From an uncultured bacterium (lineage in GTDB: Bacteria > B130-G9), in NCBI GenBank assembly GCA_965372715.1, contig CBDVDH010000044.1, positions 1 through 33,344 on the forward strand: a DNA stretch of 33,344 bases. The letters are read 5' to 3'. Shown piece after piece: positions 1 through 9,648 of the stretch. Below the pieces are notes generated by a model. That model was not told where the DNA came from, searched no databases, and saw nothing but the letters and a program-made list of their open reading frames with translations. How positions within the stretch are numbered: position 1 is the stretch's first letter; every line of letters begins with the position of its first letter. The position numbers and the translations under genes were made by a program.

Positions 1-68
1 GGCTGGAAAGCCTGCCCCACACCGACGAGAGTCACGGCCTTGAATTATTCGGGCTTTCCAGCCTGCCT
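1..68. repeat. REP-like palindromic elements (GTGG-GGCAGGCTTTCCAGCC type), first copy cut by the window edge
   Basis: Bases 1-20 read GTGGGGCAGGCTTTCCAGCC on the minus strand, and 50-68 is CGGGCTTTCCAGCCTGCC. A related hairpin GGCGGGCT-TTCT-AGCCCGCC lies at 27392-27411. Confidence 0.55.
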
Positions 69-145
69 TTTGTGGACGGAGGCAATCGAACAGGCGGGGC
101 ACATACTGAAGCGCTGCGCCTACTGATGGACTGTTAGTCGCCGGG

Positions 146-2047
146 CTACAGGTAGTTCAGAAGCGTAACTTGATTCAGTATCCTGGCCCCGATCGCAAGT
201 GACGTTTGGTACGCGAGCTCCTCCTGCTCGAGGCGCGCGATGGCCTCGGGTAGGTTCACGCCTCGCTGCTCCTCAAGCTGCTCCTTCATCAGGGCCTGAT
301 AGTCGAGCAGATTCTTCTGAACCATCATCATGTATTGCAGCGTCGAGCCGGCCTGCGCCTCGGTCTTGATGAGGTGAATTATGTTGACGTCGAGTGCCGC
401 ATGCTCGCTTCTGTCGTGCCTCAAATCAAGTGCGAACGAATCGCCCGCTTCAAACTCACCCGGGACGCCGGAGAATGAGACAGAGACGCCGTCTGCGATG
501 AGGATGCTCTCGCCCGAGGAGTAGGCTTCGCCGACGTCGATCGTCTTGATGATCTCCCCGGTCGCCTGGTCCGTCACCGTGATCGTTACGCCCTCGGTCT
601 CGCCCAGAAGGCCGCCTGTGCTGCCCAGCGTGAAGACCCAGGTCGCGTCAATGTCCCCGGTGTAGTAGCCATCTCTGCTGACCGAAACGCTGCTCTCTCC
701 ATTCCAGTCGGATGGATCGAATATCTTGGACTGGACCACGCCCGCGTCGATGTTGCGCGCCAGGCGATTGAGCGTGTCCAAAACGGCGACGCCATCCGTC
801 TGTCCGCTTGACATGCCGAAGAAACTCGAAAGCGTGTTTGCGCCGGAGCTCAAGTCGTTCAGGACGATCTTCGCAGGGAGACCCTCCGAAAGTGGGCGAA
901 GCCGCAGGCGCCCCTGCGAATCAAAGCTCGCCTGTATGAAGACCTCGTCGTCGTATTGATCGCCTTGGTCGATGAACAGGCCGGCCTGATCGAGCAGATT
1001 GAGAACGTCGGCCTGCGTGTATGATGTCCCATCTGTAAGTGTGATTGTCTTGGTTGTGGCTCCGTCTGAGATTCGGAACTCTATGTCCCCGCCACCGGCG
1101 CTGACGGGCGTCCCACGAACCGCATCAATGATCGCTGTCCCGATGACTGTGTCGGCCTGCAAGAAAGTATGGCCCGCCACGTTGATATCGACTATCAGGT
1201 CATCTCCGATCTTCGACTTGATAGCGCCGTTGTTGCCGACGTAGGAAAAGCTGCCCAGCGGGGTGTACATGACGCGGAAGCTCTGCGTACCTGAGGCCAT
1301 CGTTGCCGACGTCTCGATCCGAAGGCCGCGGCCGGTATTGACGGTCTCTCCCAGGGTAACCGTTACCGAGTTGGCCAGGTGGTTATAGCTCGAGAAGTAA
1401 TGCGTGTTGTCCCTTGAGTTGTCGTCGATCTGGACCGACGAGCCGTCGGCCTCCTTCAGCGAGACAGTGGCGCTTATGCCGTCGGAAGTTATCTCAACGG
1501 TATAAACAGAGCGGTTAAGTTCCGGCAGGTCTGAGAACGGCGAGCCCGTCGTGATCTCATCGATGCCATCCGGCAGCGACCCGACGAGTGTGATGTCCCG
1601 CTCTAGTCTGACAAAGGGCTGAGTGGATGTCCGCGTGCCGGAGAACATGTATCGGTTGTTCTGCGAGCGGTTGGCCAGGGAGACGAGCTCGTCAATGTAG
1701 CCGCTTACAGCTTGTGAAAGGCCACTTCTGGCATCGTCGGACGTCGTGTCGCTCAGGGCGAACATCGCCTTTTCGAGCGCCTGCTGCACGAGGCCCGACG
1801 CCTGGTTGATGCTGTCCTGGGTCGTCTGAGACCATGAATACGCCCTGTCCGCGTTCGCGGAATACCTCTCAATTCTGCTGATCGCCGCCTCGTATCGGTG
1901 AATTCTTGCGAGCCCGCTTGGGTCGTCTGAAGGCTTGTTGACCCTTTTGCCCGACGCGATCTGAGCGGTCAGTTCGCTCAGACGTTCGTATTGCAGCTCC
2001 GCCCTCGTGAGGAAGTTCTTAACCATCATGTTGCGAGTAACCCGCAT
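146..2047 (-). CDS. flgL: Flagellar hook-associated protein 3 (FlgL), long form
   Basis: Flagellin-like N-terminus (MRVTRNMM...QIASGKRVNKPSDDPSG), YMFSG motif and C-terminus (AYQTSLAIGARILNQVTLLNYL). Lies directly after flgK. Confidence 0.93.
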   Translation of the reverse strand: MRVTRNMMVKNFLTRAELQYERLSELTAQIASGKRVNKPSDDPSGLARIHRYEAAISRIERYSANADRAYSWSQTTQDSINQASGLVQQALEKAMFALSDTTSDDARSGLSQAVSGYIDELVSLANRSQNNRYMFSGTRTSTQPFVRLERDITLVGSLPDGIDEITTGSPFSDLPELNRSVYTVEITSDGISATVSLKEADGSSVQIDDNSRDNTHYFSSYNHLANSVTVTLGETVNTGRGLRIETSATMASGTQSFRVMYTPLGSFSYVGNNGAIKSKIGDDLIVDINVAGHTFLQADTVIGTAIIDAVRGTPVSAGGGDIEFRISDGATTKTITLTDGTSYTQADVLNLLDQAGLFIDQGDQYDDEVFIQASFDSQGRLRLRPLSEGLPAKIVLNDLSSGANTLSSFFGMSSGQTDGVAVLDTLNRLARNIDAGVVQSKIFDPSDWNGESSVSVSRDGYYTGDIDATWVFTLGSTGGLLGETEGVTITVTDQATGEIIKTIDVGEAYSSGESILIADGVSVSFSGVPGEFEAGDSFALDLRHDRSEHAALDVNIIHLIKTEAQAGSTLQYMMMVQKNLLDYQALMKEQLEEQRGVNLPEAIARLEQEELAYQTSLAIGARILNQVTLLNYL

Positions 2048-2058
2048 CGCGAATCCTC

Positions 2059-3777
2059 CTAGCTACCCAGCTTCTCAAGCACTGTGTTAATCATCGAGTT
2101 GACTACTGATATGAAATGAGCAGTGCTGTTGTATGCCTGCTGATACATGACGAGATTTGCGAGCTCCTCGTCAACTGATACACCGGATGTCTGCTCTCTG
2201 AGGTTCTCGTAGAAGTCGAGGTTGTCCATCTCGTGTTTGACCTCGAAATCCGCCGTCGTTGTCTGATTGCCCGCCCGCGTGACTATAGAGTTGAAGAACT
2301 CGGCGAACGTCGCCGTCTCATCGTTCAATAACAGCTCGTCAGCAAGCATTGAGAGCGAAAGCGCGTTCTCGCCGTCGCCCACCGAGAACGTGGCCCCGGC
2401 CGCGATGAGCGTCTGGTCCTCAGCGATCGCGGCAGCGACTTGGATGTCGTAGGAATCATGCCCCGTGAGCAAGACGTTGACCCCAAGCTGCGCAAGTACA
2501 CCGCCCGTGTCCTTTCCCACAACGAACTCGTGATCGCCAACGCCGGTGATCTCTAGTCTGTTCTGAGAGACGCTTGCCGAAAGGAGCGTCGTTGACGAAT
2601 TGATCATGGCAACCACGTCCTGAAGCGAATCGACGTCCGGGTCAACCGTAACAGTAACGCTCTGAACTATCTGGCCGCCCTGGGTGATCGTTATATTGAA
2701 GGTCCCCGCCTCAGAATCGTAGGCCAGGTTTGACCCGCCTTCCAGGTTCAGGGCATCGTTCAGCGCAATCGTTGAGCTATACACCGCATAGGCGCCGGTC
2801 ACGCTCGTCTGATCCCGGAGAGCGAAGCCCATGCTGTGCGCGCGATTGACCGTCTTGAGCAGGGTCGTGGTCAGCTCATCGAGTTCCTCAACGTAGGAGA
2901 CGATCATCTCGTCCCGGGCCTCGAGGTTCGCGCCGAGCTTACCACCGTCTATAAAGGACGTTATGTTGCGCTGAGAGGCGCCGTCGTCCCAATAGATGTC
3001 GTAGAAACTGTTGTTGGCAACGTTGTTACGGCAAACGAGCACGTTGCGCTGGTCCCTGCTGACGAGCATGCGGTTGTCGCCAACGAATATCGTTACGGCG
3101 CCGCGGTCGTCCTCGATCATGTTAAAATCAATGAGTTGGGAAAGCTGGTCAAGCGCCTCTGCCCGGCGGTCTGTGAGATCGTTGGCGTGCGTCATCCCAC
3201 CACCATAGCTCGCAGTTATCCCGACGTTGAGTTCGGCGATCTCCGTCGTGAGCTGGTTGATCCGCTCAACGATCTGGGCAACCTCGTTGTTGGCAAACGT
3301 GCGCTGGTTGCGGAACTTGGCATTCTGGGCGCGAATTGCGCTCGTTAGTCGCTCGGCGGTCTGGGCCAGATTCTGCCTCTCGGCGGCGCCTTCCGGGCCA
3401 TTGCCCACCTGTTCAACGGCCTGCCAGAACTCCGTCAAGGACTCGCCCAGGTGCTGCGCGTTGGCCGACACAAGCGATTGCTCAACCTCCGAGATGAACG
3501 AATACTTGCGCTCGGAATAGGCCAGAAGTCCCTTGTGAAGATTCACCTTGGAAAGCGCATACGTATCGCGATACTGCACAATCTGGGCAATAGTCGCGCC
3601 GGTCCCGACCTGAAGCAGGCCCAGGCGATTCGGAGTCGAAGACGATAGAACCGCCGCCTGCCGTGTATAATTCGGCGTGTTGATGTTCGCAATGTTGTGC
3701 CCGCAGATGTTGATAGCTATCTGCTGTGCAGCGAGAGACCTAACGCCGATGTTCAGAATCGAAAAGATGTTGGTCAT
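2059..3777 (-). CDS. flgK: Flagellar hook-associated protein 1 (FlgK)
   Basis: GHNIANINTPNYTRQ at the N-terminus and SGVSVDEELANLVMYQQAYNS at the C-terminus. GGAGG RBS upstream. Confidence 0.96.
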   Translation of the reverse strand: MTNIFSILNIGVRSLAAQQIAINICGHNIANINTPNYTRQAAVLSSSTPNRLGLLQVGTGATIAQIVQYRDTYALSKVNLHKGLLAYSERKYSFISEVEQSLVSANAQHLGESLTEFWQAVEQVGNGPEGAAERQNLAQTAERLTSAIRAQNAKFRNQRTFANNEVAQIVERINQLTTEIAELNVGITASYGGGMTHANDLTDRRAEALDQLSQLIDFNMIEDDRGAVTIFVGDNRMLVSRDQRNVLVCRNNVANNSFYDIYWDDGASQRNITSFIDGGKLGANLEARDEMIVSYVEELDELTTTLLKTVNRAHSMGFALRDQTSVTGAYAVYSSTIALNDALNLEGGSNLAYDSEAGTFNITITQGGQIVQSVTVTVDPDVDSLQDVVAMINSSTTLLSASVSQNRLEITGVGDHEFVVGKDTGGVLAQLGVNVLLTGHDSYDIQVAAAIAEDQTLIAAGATFSVGDGENALSLSMLADELLLNDETATFAEFFNSIVTRAGNQTTTADFEVKHEMDNLDFYENLREQTSGVSVDEELANLVMYQQAYNSTAHFISVVNSMINTVLEKLGS

Positions 3778-3796
3778 TGAGGCGCCTCCTCCACGG

Positions 3797-4315
3797 CTAC
3801 AACGTTATCGAGGACCTGGACTCCTGCGCGCCAGCTCTTAGCCGACCATTCGCGGCATAGGTTGACGGCGGCTTGTCGTCCAGCGTGATCGTTCTGACCA
3901 TGTGGTCAACGTATTCCATGGATTTTCTTAGCAGCTCCTGGGTCCTCAGACCGGATTCGCCGGCGCTATTGGCCGCAAGCCTATGCTCTTCGAGCCGCCG
4001 AGATAGGATACACGCCCTCTCGTCGTCATTTGTGAGAAGGAAGCCCGGCAGCTGATTCAGGGTAACGCTGTCGCGATCGATTCCCGCAGCGCTGCAAGCT
4101 GCCGTCATCGCCCGGTCCGTCTTTTGTGAGGCGGCCGAAAGTTCGTCCTGGAGCCCGCACTTCTTCTTGACCAAACGCCTCTGCGCATCCGCGTCGGCGT
4201 TGATCACGAGCTCACGCTCGGCTGTGAAAAGCTCCGCAAGGTTGTTCAAGATTGCGGTCTGGGCCTCAATCGACTCGGCCAGTTCGTCAAAGAAGGGGTA
4301 GATGGAGGGTAGCAC
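3797..4315 (-). CDS. flgN: Flagellar export chaperone FlgN
   Basis: 172-aa helical protein between flgM and flgK with a TYAANG C-terminal motif. AAGGAG RBS precedes the GTG start. Confidence 0.75.
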   Translation of the reverse strand: MLPSIYPFFDELAESIEAQTAILNNLAELFTAERELVINADADAQRRLVKKKCGLQDELSAASQKTDRAMTAACSAAGIDRDSVTLNQLPGFLLTNDDERACILSRRLEEHRLAANSAGESGLRTQELLRKSMEYVDHMVRTITLDDKPPSTYAANGRLRAGAQESRSSITL

Positions 4316-4426
4316 TTTGTCTGCTCCTTTCGTCCGTAGGTTTGAGACTTCAGTTGGGCTTCGGGACGTTAGGAACCGGCTTTTTGTGCTAAACCGCCGA
4401 TAAGAATGCTAGCGCTGAGTCTGAAA

Positions 4427-4753
4427 TCAGACCTTGATGCTGATACTGCTCAGCATCTTCTCGGCAATCTTCTCGGCGTCGGGGTTGTACTGACCGCTCT
4501 CGATCAGCTTGGAAAGCTTATCAACCTTCTCCTGGCGAACGTCAGGCAGCTTGTCAAGGGCGCTTTTAGCCAGTGCGCGGAGCTTGGCCTCACCAGAGAT
4601 AGAGACCTTATCCGGCACATCTTCTCGCACTCGCGCTGAGACATCCTGCGCCTTATCAACCTTACCTGCCTTCTCAACTTCCGCCTGTTTCTGGGTGTCA
4701 ACTTTCCGATAAGAATCTACTGCCTGGCTTGGTATGTTGCCATCAATCTTCAT
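4427..4753 (-). CDS. flgM: Anti-sigma-28 factor FlgM
   Basis: MKID start, DKVSIS and DVRQEKVDKLSKLIESGQYNPDAEKIAEKM. AGGAGG at 4765-4770 favours the ATG at 4753 over the ORF-track start at 4774. Confidence 0.93.
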   Translation of the reverse strand: MKIDGNIPSQAVDSYRKVDTQKQAEVEKAGKVDKAQDVSARVREDVPDKVSISGEAKLRALAKSALDKLPDVRQEKVDKLSKLIESGQYNPDAEKIAEKMLSSISIKV

Positions 4754-4810
4754 CTTGAATTCAACCTCCTGCACTTATCCGGTGCCACCACATCCATACT
4801 ACCTGCGGCC

Positions 4811-4839
4811 TCATCGGTAAGTCAAGCCAGCATCTTTAG
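4811..4839 (-). promoter_or_regulatory. Putative sigma28 (FliA) promoter for flgM-flgN-flgK-flgL
   Basis: Minus strand reads C-TAAA-N16-ACCGATGA, against a consensus of TAAA-N15/16-GCCGATAA. It sits about 60 nt upstream of flgM, inside the 3' end of flgJ. Confidence 0.6.
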
Positions 4840-5269
4840 CAGATTCTTCACTTCTCCCATTAGCCGATTCCACCTCTCCGTTGTCCGACTGCTCCTCCAT
4901 TGAGTTGACTAAACTTTGAAAAATCATATCTGAAAGGCCTATGCCGCCACCCTCACATGCGGCCTGGGCCACCTCGTCATCAAACATCGACATATATATC
5001 CTCTTCGCCGGGGTCTCGGGCATGAGCGACGACTTCTGCACCGTGTTTCTCATCTGCTTCAGAAGGTAGCCCAAAAAGATCGCCTCGAACTTCTGACAGG
5101 CGCCGCGGAGCTCCTCACGTTCGCTCTCATCCATCCTGTGGGCATGTCCCTTTGAGGCGTCAACTTTCGCCTTTGCCTGTTCGGCCCGCTGCATCAGTCG
5201 CTGCCAGCTTGCGTCCGATGCAAGCCTATCGAAACTGATTGCACCGCCACTGAGAAGGTCGCTTTGCAT
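4811..5269 (-). CDS. flgJ: FlgJ rod-binding protein (short form, no muramidase domain)
   Basis: LRGACQKFEAIFLGYLLKQMRNTV...MFDDEVAQ...GGIGLSDMIFQSL rod-binding motif, located after flgI. An alternative start is at 5287. Confidence 0.88.
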   Translation of the reverse strand: MQSDLLSGGAISFDRLASDASWQRLMQRAEQAKAKVDASKGHAHRMDESEREELRGACQKFEAIFLGYLLKQMRNTVQKSSLMPETPAKRIYMSMFDDEVAQAACEGGGIGLSDMIFQSLVNSMEEQSDNGEVESANGRSEESAKDAGLTYR

Positions 5270-5313
5270 CCTAAGTAATCCCTTCAAGAACTCCGTATGG
5301 ATACGCTCGATTA

Positions 5314-6456
5314 TCAGATTATCTTGAGCTCGGCCCGCAGTGCCCCGGCCGACTTTATCGCTTGAAGGATAGCTATGAGGTCCCTCGGCGAAACGCCAAT
5401 CGCGTTCAGGCCCGTCACGACGTCCCTGATCGTTACCGCTTGTTCCACCAAGAGCAGCCGTTGCTCCTCCTCGCTCACCTGGATCGTTGTATCTGGTGTA
5501 ACCGCCGTTTGGCCCATAGACTCCGGATACGGCTGGCTCACGTCGAGTTCCGTCTTGATGACAACGCTGAGGCTCCCGTGCGCAACCGCAACTGTGTCAA
5601 CTTGAACGTCGCGGCCAATGACAATCGTGCCCGTTCGCTCATCAATCACTACGCGGGCGGTCGTGTCGGGAAGGACCCGGATGGCCTCCAGCTGCGATAT
5701 GAACTCTACTATCTTCGCCCGCCGCTCCGTAGGGACCGAGACCTCAACCGACCCCGCGTCCACCGTCCTGGCCAAATCGCCCAACTTACTATTTATCGCC
5801 TCGGCGACCCTGGCAGCCGTCGTGAAGTCCTCCTCGCTCAACTTGATCGTCAAGCTGCTTCTGGAATTGATATTCGTCTCCAGGTTACGCTCAACGGTCG
5901 CCCCGTTCGGAACCTTGCCGACGGTCGGGTGGTTCTTCTGCGCTTTGGCCCCCGCGCCCGATGCCAGGAAGCCCCCGATTGAAACGGGCCCCTGCGCCAC
6001 CGCGTATATCCTGCCGTCTGGGCCCCGAAGCGGCGTCATGACCAGCGTTCCGCCCTGAAGGCTCGAGGCGTCCCCGAGCGATGAGACCGTCACGTCGAGC
6101 CTGGAGCCCGACTTCGCAAACGCCGGGAGACTCGTCGTCACGATCACGGCCGCGACGTTGCCGACCTTCATTTTCTGCGCGTCGGCCCGAATCCCGAGCC
6201 GGTCGAGCATATTGGCAAGGCTTTGCATCGTAAACTTCGTGCCGGATGCGTCGCCGCTCCCGTTGAGGCCTATGACGAGACCGTAGCCGATGAGCTGCTG
6301 CGTCCTGATCCCATGTATCGACGCGATATCCTTCAGCCTCACCAGGCCCCCGCAGTCCCCGGACGCGCCGGCTAAGAGGACCGCGACCGCGAGGACCACG
6401 CCCAAAAGGCCTCGAACACCCAACTTGAAACCTGGAACTTGAAACTTGAAACTCAT
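5314..6456 (-). CDS. flgI: Flagellar P-ring protein FlgI
   Basis: RLKDIASIHGIRTQQLIGYGLVIGLNGSGD and DLIAILQAIKSAGALRAEL. Confidence 0.97.
   Translation of the reverse strand: MSFKFQVPGFKLGVRGLLGVVLAVAVLLAGASGDCGGLVRLKDIASIHGIRTQQLIGYGLVIGLNGSGDASGTKFTMQSLANMLDRLGIRADAQKMKVGNVAAVIVTTSLPAFAKSGSRLDVTVSSLGDASSLQGGTLVMTPLRGPDGRIYAVAQGPVSIGGFLASGAGAKAQKNHPTVGKVPNGATVERNLETNINSRSSLTIKLSEEDFTTAARVAEAINSKLGDLARTVDAGSVEVSVPTERRAKIVEFISQLEAIRVLPDTTARVVIDERTGTIVIGRDVQVDTVAVAHGSLSVVIKTELDVSQPYPESMGQTAVTPDTTIQVSEEEQRLLLVEQAVTIRDVVTGLNAIGVSPRDLIAILQAIKSAGALRAELKII
6422..6456. repeat. Heptamer tandem repeat (AACTTGA-like, 5 units) forming the first codons of flgI
   Basis: aacttga aacctgg aacttga aacttga aactcat. 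On the minus strand it encodes MSFKFQVPGFKL. Confidence 0.75.
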
Positions 6457-6480
6457 CTTATTGCTCTATCCTTTTCTAAT

Positions 6481-7242
6481 TCAGAACGGCCAAACCAGAG
6501 ATATAATGCGGCCAGCCCAGCCCGCTCGCTGCTCCTCTGAGACCTGGCCCTTGCCGCCGTAGAGTATTCTCGCGTCAGCGATCTTCGTGGAGGCAATTGT
6601 GTTGTCGGCCTGAATATCGCGCCTACGGATGACGCCGCTCACGAATATGGTCTCTTTCTCGCTGTTGATCTTTATCTCTCGCTGACCGAGTATGACGAGA
6701 TTGCCGTTGGGGAGCACCCTGACTACCCTTGCGCTGACCGTCGTGATGATCTTTCCTGAGCGAGCCGTCTTTCCATCCCCGCTGAACGTCTTGTCGAGGT
6801 TCGCGGACAATAGGCTTGATGCGGCAGCACCTTTCGGGAACCTGAACCTGTTGACTAACTCCGCCTCATGTCCAAAGAAGGCCGGGATGCCGGCCGTGAT
6901 CTCGGATTTCTTGGCCCCCGATGTAGAGGCGCTGTTCTCTGCCGTGGTGCTCTCGACTATCAGAATCGTTATGATGTCGTTCACGCCCCTTGCCCTGGAA
7001 TCGCTGTAAAGGACGCCGAACGGCAACTGATCGTTCCAGAGCGAGTCCGGCGCGAAGCCATCCCGCTCCGCTGGCTGCGCAGCCGGCAGCGCCGGGAAGT
7101 TCTGCTGCGGCATCGGCTCCGAGTACATCGAATGCCGCTTGGTGAACGAACAGCCGGCGTAAAGGAATAAAAGGGCCGAAATGCCCAATAGAATGCCGAT
7201 GATCTTAAGAGTAAGTCCTTTCAATTGCTGCCTCGCTTTCAT
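6481..7242 (-). CDS. flgH: Flagellar L-ring lipoprotein FlgH
   Basis: Lipobox-like YAGC, LYSDSRARGVNDIITILIVE and VVRVLPNGNLVILG, ending in WPF. An alternative TTG start is at 7248. Confidence 0.95.
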   Translation of the reverse strand: MKARQQLKGLTLKIIGILLGISALLFLYAGCSFTKRHSMYSEPMPQQNFPALPAAQPAERDGFAPDSLWNDQLPFGVLYSDSRARGVNDIITILIVESTTAENSASTSGAKKSEITAGIPAFFGHEAELVNRFRFPKGAAASSLLSANLDKTFSGDGKTARSGKIITTVSARVVRVLPNGNLVILGQREIKINSEKETIFVSGVIRRRDIQADNTIASTKIADARILYGGKGQVSEEQRAGWAGRIISLVWPF

Positions 7243-7254
7243 TCGCAATCGTGA

Positions 7255-7980
7255 TTATCGAGAAGCGCCCACGAGGACCAGCACCGTGCCGTCCTGCTGC
7301 ACAACCCCATAAACCGTTTTCTTTGAGGCGGTATTCTGAACTGGAATCACGTCGCCTGTCCGGCCGTCCTTGAGCGCCACTCCCAGCGTGGCAATTCGAA
7401 GCGATCTGATCCGCGCCTCAAGCCGGACCACGGTTCTCTTCTTCACGGTCAGGGGTTCAACCAACATATCCGTTGTGAGCATCTTGCCTTTGGGCAGCCC
7501 ACGCTTGAGCATCTTGCCGACCGCGAGGTTGACGTCTGTAACAGGACGCTTCGAGAAATTGCCCCCAATCTCCTGCTCCCTCAGTATCACGTCGCCGGGT
7601 CCAATCACAGAACCAGCTCTCATTGTCTGAGCCGCGCACACGACGGTCGTTCGCGCCGAGACATTCGCCGTCACCCAGTATTTCTTCTTCACTCCGTCGT
7701 CCCCAAAGGCCGTTACGGCGAACGACAGCCGGCCCAGCTCTCTAGCCGAGTTCTGCTGATGGATTTGCAGCCGGCATTTTTCGCCGGGCACGCTTATCTT
7801 GGGGATGCGGACGAACTCGACGGTAATCTCGTCCCTTTCAAGGCTACTGTTGCTCAGAATCTTCTCGCGGACAATCGCCTCGATCCTACTTTGAGACACA
7901 ACAGCCGCCTGGGCCGTGGCGACGAGCAGCAAGGCAATACATAAAGGCAAGGTATAATCGGTCAGTTTCAATCTGAACAT
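7255..7980 (-). CDS. flgA: P-ring formation chaperone FlgA
   Basis: Signal peptide (ATAQA), a SAF-like region and GVALKDGRTGDVIPVQNTASKKTV. Lies between flgG and flgH. Confidence 0.9.
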   Translation of the reverse strand: MFRLKLTDYTLPLCIALLLVATAQAAVVSQSRIEAIVREKILSNSSLERDEITVEFVRIPKISVPGEKCRLQIHQQNSARELGRLSFAVTAFGDDGVKKKYWVTANVSARTTVVCAAQTMRAGSVIGPGDVILREQEIGGNFSKRPVTDVNLAVGKMLKRGLPKGKMLTTDMLVEPLTVKKRTVVRLEARIRSLRIATLGVALKDGRTGDVIPVQNTASKKTVYGVVQQDGTVLVLVGASR

Positions 7981-7991
7981 CTCGCCGGCTC

Positions 7992-8777
7992 CTATCGCTT
8001 CAGGTTGTTTGCCTGGCTCATCATCGAGTCCGCCGTCTGAATCGACTTGGCGTTGAGCTCGTATGCCCGCTGGGTCATGATCATCTGAACCATCTCATCG
8101 ACCACAGAGACGTTCGACATCTCCAGGAAGCCCTGGGCTACGTTGCCTCTCCCCTCATCCCCGGGGCTTCCCGTTGTCGGGACCCCGGACGAATCCGTCT
8201 CCTGAAAGAGGTTCCTACCTACCGCCTTCAAGCCACCCGGATTTGAAAAAAGGGCCAGCTCCAACACGCCGACCTCCGACGGTGAGGTCTGCCCCGGCTG
8301 AAGCACCGAGACGGTGCCATCCGACTCAATCGAAATCGAGAGGGAGTCGGTCGGTATAACTATATCGGGCGAGAGTCTGTAACCGTCCGGCGTTACCATT
8401 GAGCCAGCGCTGTCCAGCTGAAACGAGCCGGCCCGCGTGTAGGCCATATCGCCGGTCGGCAACACAATTTGAAAGAAGCCCTTACCCTCGATGGCGACAT
8501 CCAGCGGGGAGTTAGTGTTTTTGAGGCTCCCCATGCTGAACTCGCGCTGTGTCGAGACCGGCCTGACGCCGTGCCCCAACTGTATCCCGCTGGGTACCTG
8601 CGAGCCTGCGATCGGGGCGCCGGGTGAGCGGAGCGTCTCATACATGAGGTCTTGAAACTCCGCTCGTGACTTCTTGAAACCGCTCGTATTGACGTTGGCA
8701 AGGTTGTTAGCAATCGTGTCAATCGTCAGCTGCTGGGCCTGCATACCAGTTGCAGATGTCCACAGTGTTCTCATCAT
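7992..8777 (-). CDS. flgG: Flagellar distal rod protein FlgG
   Basis: MMRTLWTSATGMQAQQ...NNLANVNTSGFKKSRAEFQDLMY and QRAYELNAKSIQTADSM; 261 aa. Confidence 0.97.
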   Translation of the reverse strand: MMRTLWTSATGMQAQQLTIDTIANNLANVNTSGFKKSRAEFQDLMYETLRSPGAPIAGSQVPSGIQLGHGVRPVSTQREFSMGSLKNTNSPLDVAIEGKGFFQIVLPTGDMAYTRAGSFQLDSAGSMVTPDGYRLSPDIVIPTDSLSISIESDGTVSVLQPGQTSPSEVGVLELALFSNPGGLKAVGRNLFQETDSSGVPTTGSPGDEGRGNVAQGFLEMSNVSVVDEMVQMIMTQRAYELNAKSIQTADSMMSQANNLKR

Positions 8778-8830
8778 CTTATCCTCCGAGCATACCTATC
8801 AAACATTCACTTATATTCACTATTGCTGTG

Positions 8831-9577
8831 TTATCTTAAGTCAGCTAACGTATTGATCATTTTGCCTACCGTATCGTCCAGAATCGCGCGGATGCTCTTC
8901 TGGTGAGATTCATACCGCCTCATCCCTTCGATCATCGAGATCATCTCCTCGATGATGCTGGCGTTGGAAGATTCTAAAAAACCCTGGTGCACCTCCGCGT
9001 TTGGCGCCTCTTGTGGCGGGACCTCGTCCGTCTTCGTGACCCAGATGCTAGCGCCGACCTTCTCGAGAACGGACTTGTCGTCAAATGTGACTATCCGCAG
9101 GCTGCCGACCGAGTTTCCGTCCGCGAAGACATCCCCGTTCGTATCGATCCGTATCTCGGTGCCCTCTGGGACCGTGAGCTCGCCTTGCCCGGCCATGACG
9201 GGAAGGCCGTTTTGGTCTAAGAGTTCTCCGCCAGAGCCGATCCTGAAGTTGCCCGCCCTCGTGTAGCCTTGTTTGTCGCCGAACTTGATGACAAAGAACC
9301 CGTCGCCCTGTATAGCGAGGTCCAGAGGATTGCCCGTCTGCCTGAGCGGGCCCTGCGCAAAGTCGGTCGCGGTTCCACCAATCAGCACGCACGACGGCGC
9401 AAGCGGATCGTAGGAGGTGGACGAATCGGGGGCTGCTTCCTTGGTCAGAATTCTAAAGAACGGCGTGTCCTTCTTGTAGCCGACAGTGTTTATATTGGCG
9501 AGATTATTCGATCGTATCTCGTGCGCCCTCGCCTCGGTCAGAAGACCCGACGCCGCCGCGTAAAGGCCCTTAATCAT
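8831..9577 (-). CDS. flgF: Flagellar rod protein FlgF
   Basis: GLYAAASG...NNLANINTVGYKKD, TGNPLDLAIQGDGFF and QGFLESSN. Lies upstream of flgG. Confidence 0.9.
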   Translation of the reverse strand: MIKGLYAAASGLLTEARAHEIRSNNLANINTVGYKKDTPFFRILTKEAAPDSSTSYDPLAPSCVLIGGTATDFAQGPLRQTGNPLDLAIQGDGFFVIKFGDKQGYTRAGNFRIGSGGELLDQNGLPVMAGQGELTVPEGTEIRIDTNGDVFADGNSVGSLRIVTFDDKSVLEKVGASIWVTKTDEVPPQEAPNAEVHQGFLESSNASIIEEMISMIEGMRRYESHQKSIRAILDDTVGKMINTLADLR

Positions 9578-9632
9578 CCCTGAAAAACGCTCCTTTCATT
9601 TGCGTTGCCTACATCCTGTCGCCGTGATCTCA

Positions 9633-9648
9633 AGCAGATCCCGTGCCA
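9633..9648 (-). promoter_or_regulatory. Putative sigma54 (-24/-12) promoter of the flg operon
   Basis: Minus strand reads TGGCACG-GGAT-CTGCT (GG-N10-GC), 55 nt upstream of the flgF ATG. Confidence 0.75.

Noticed and set aside
4396-4403. Perfect GCCGATAA (sigma28 -10) on the plus strand, and another at 22863-22870
   Set aside because: Neither has TAAA at the right spacing, and both point antisense to the neighbouring genes.
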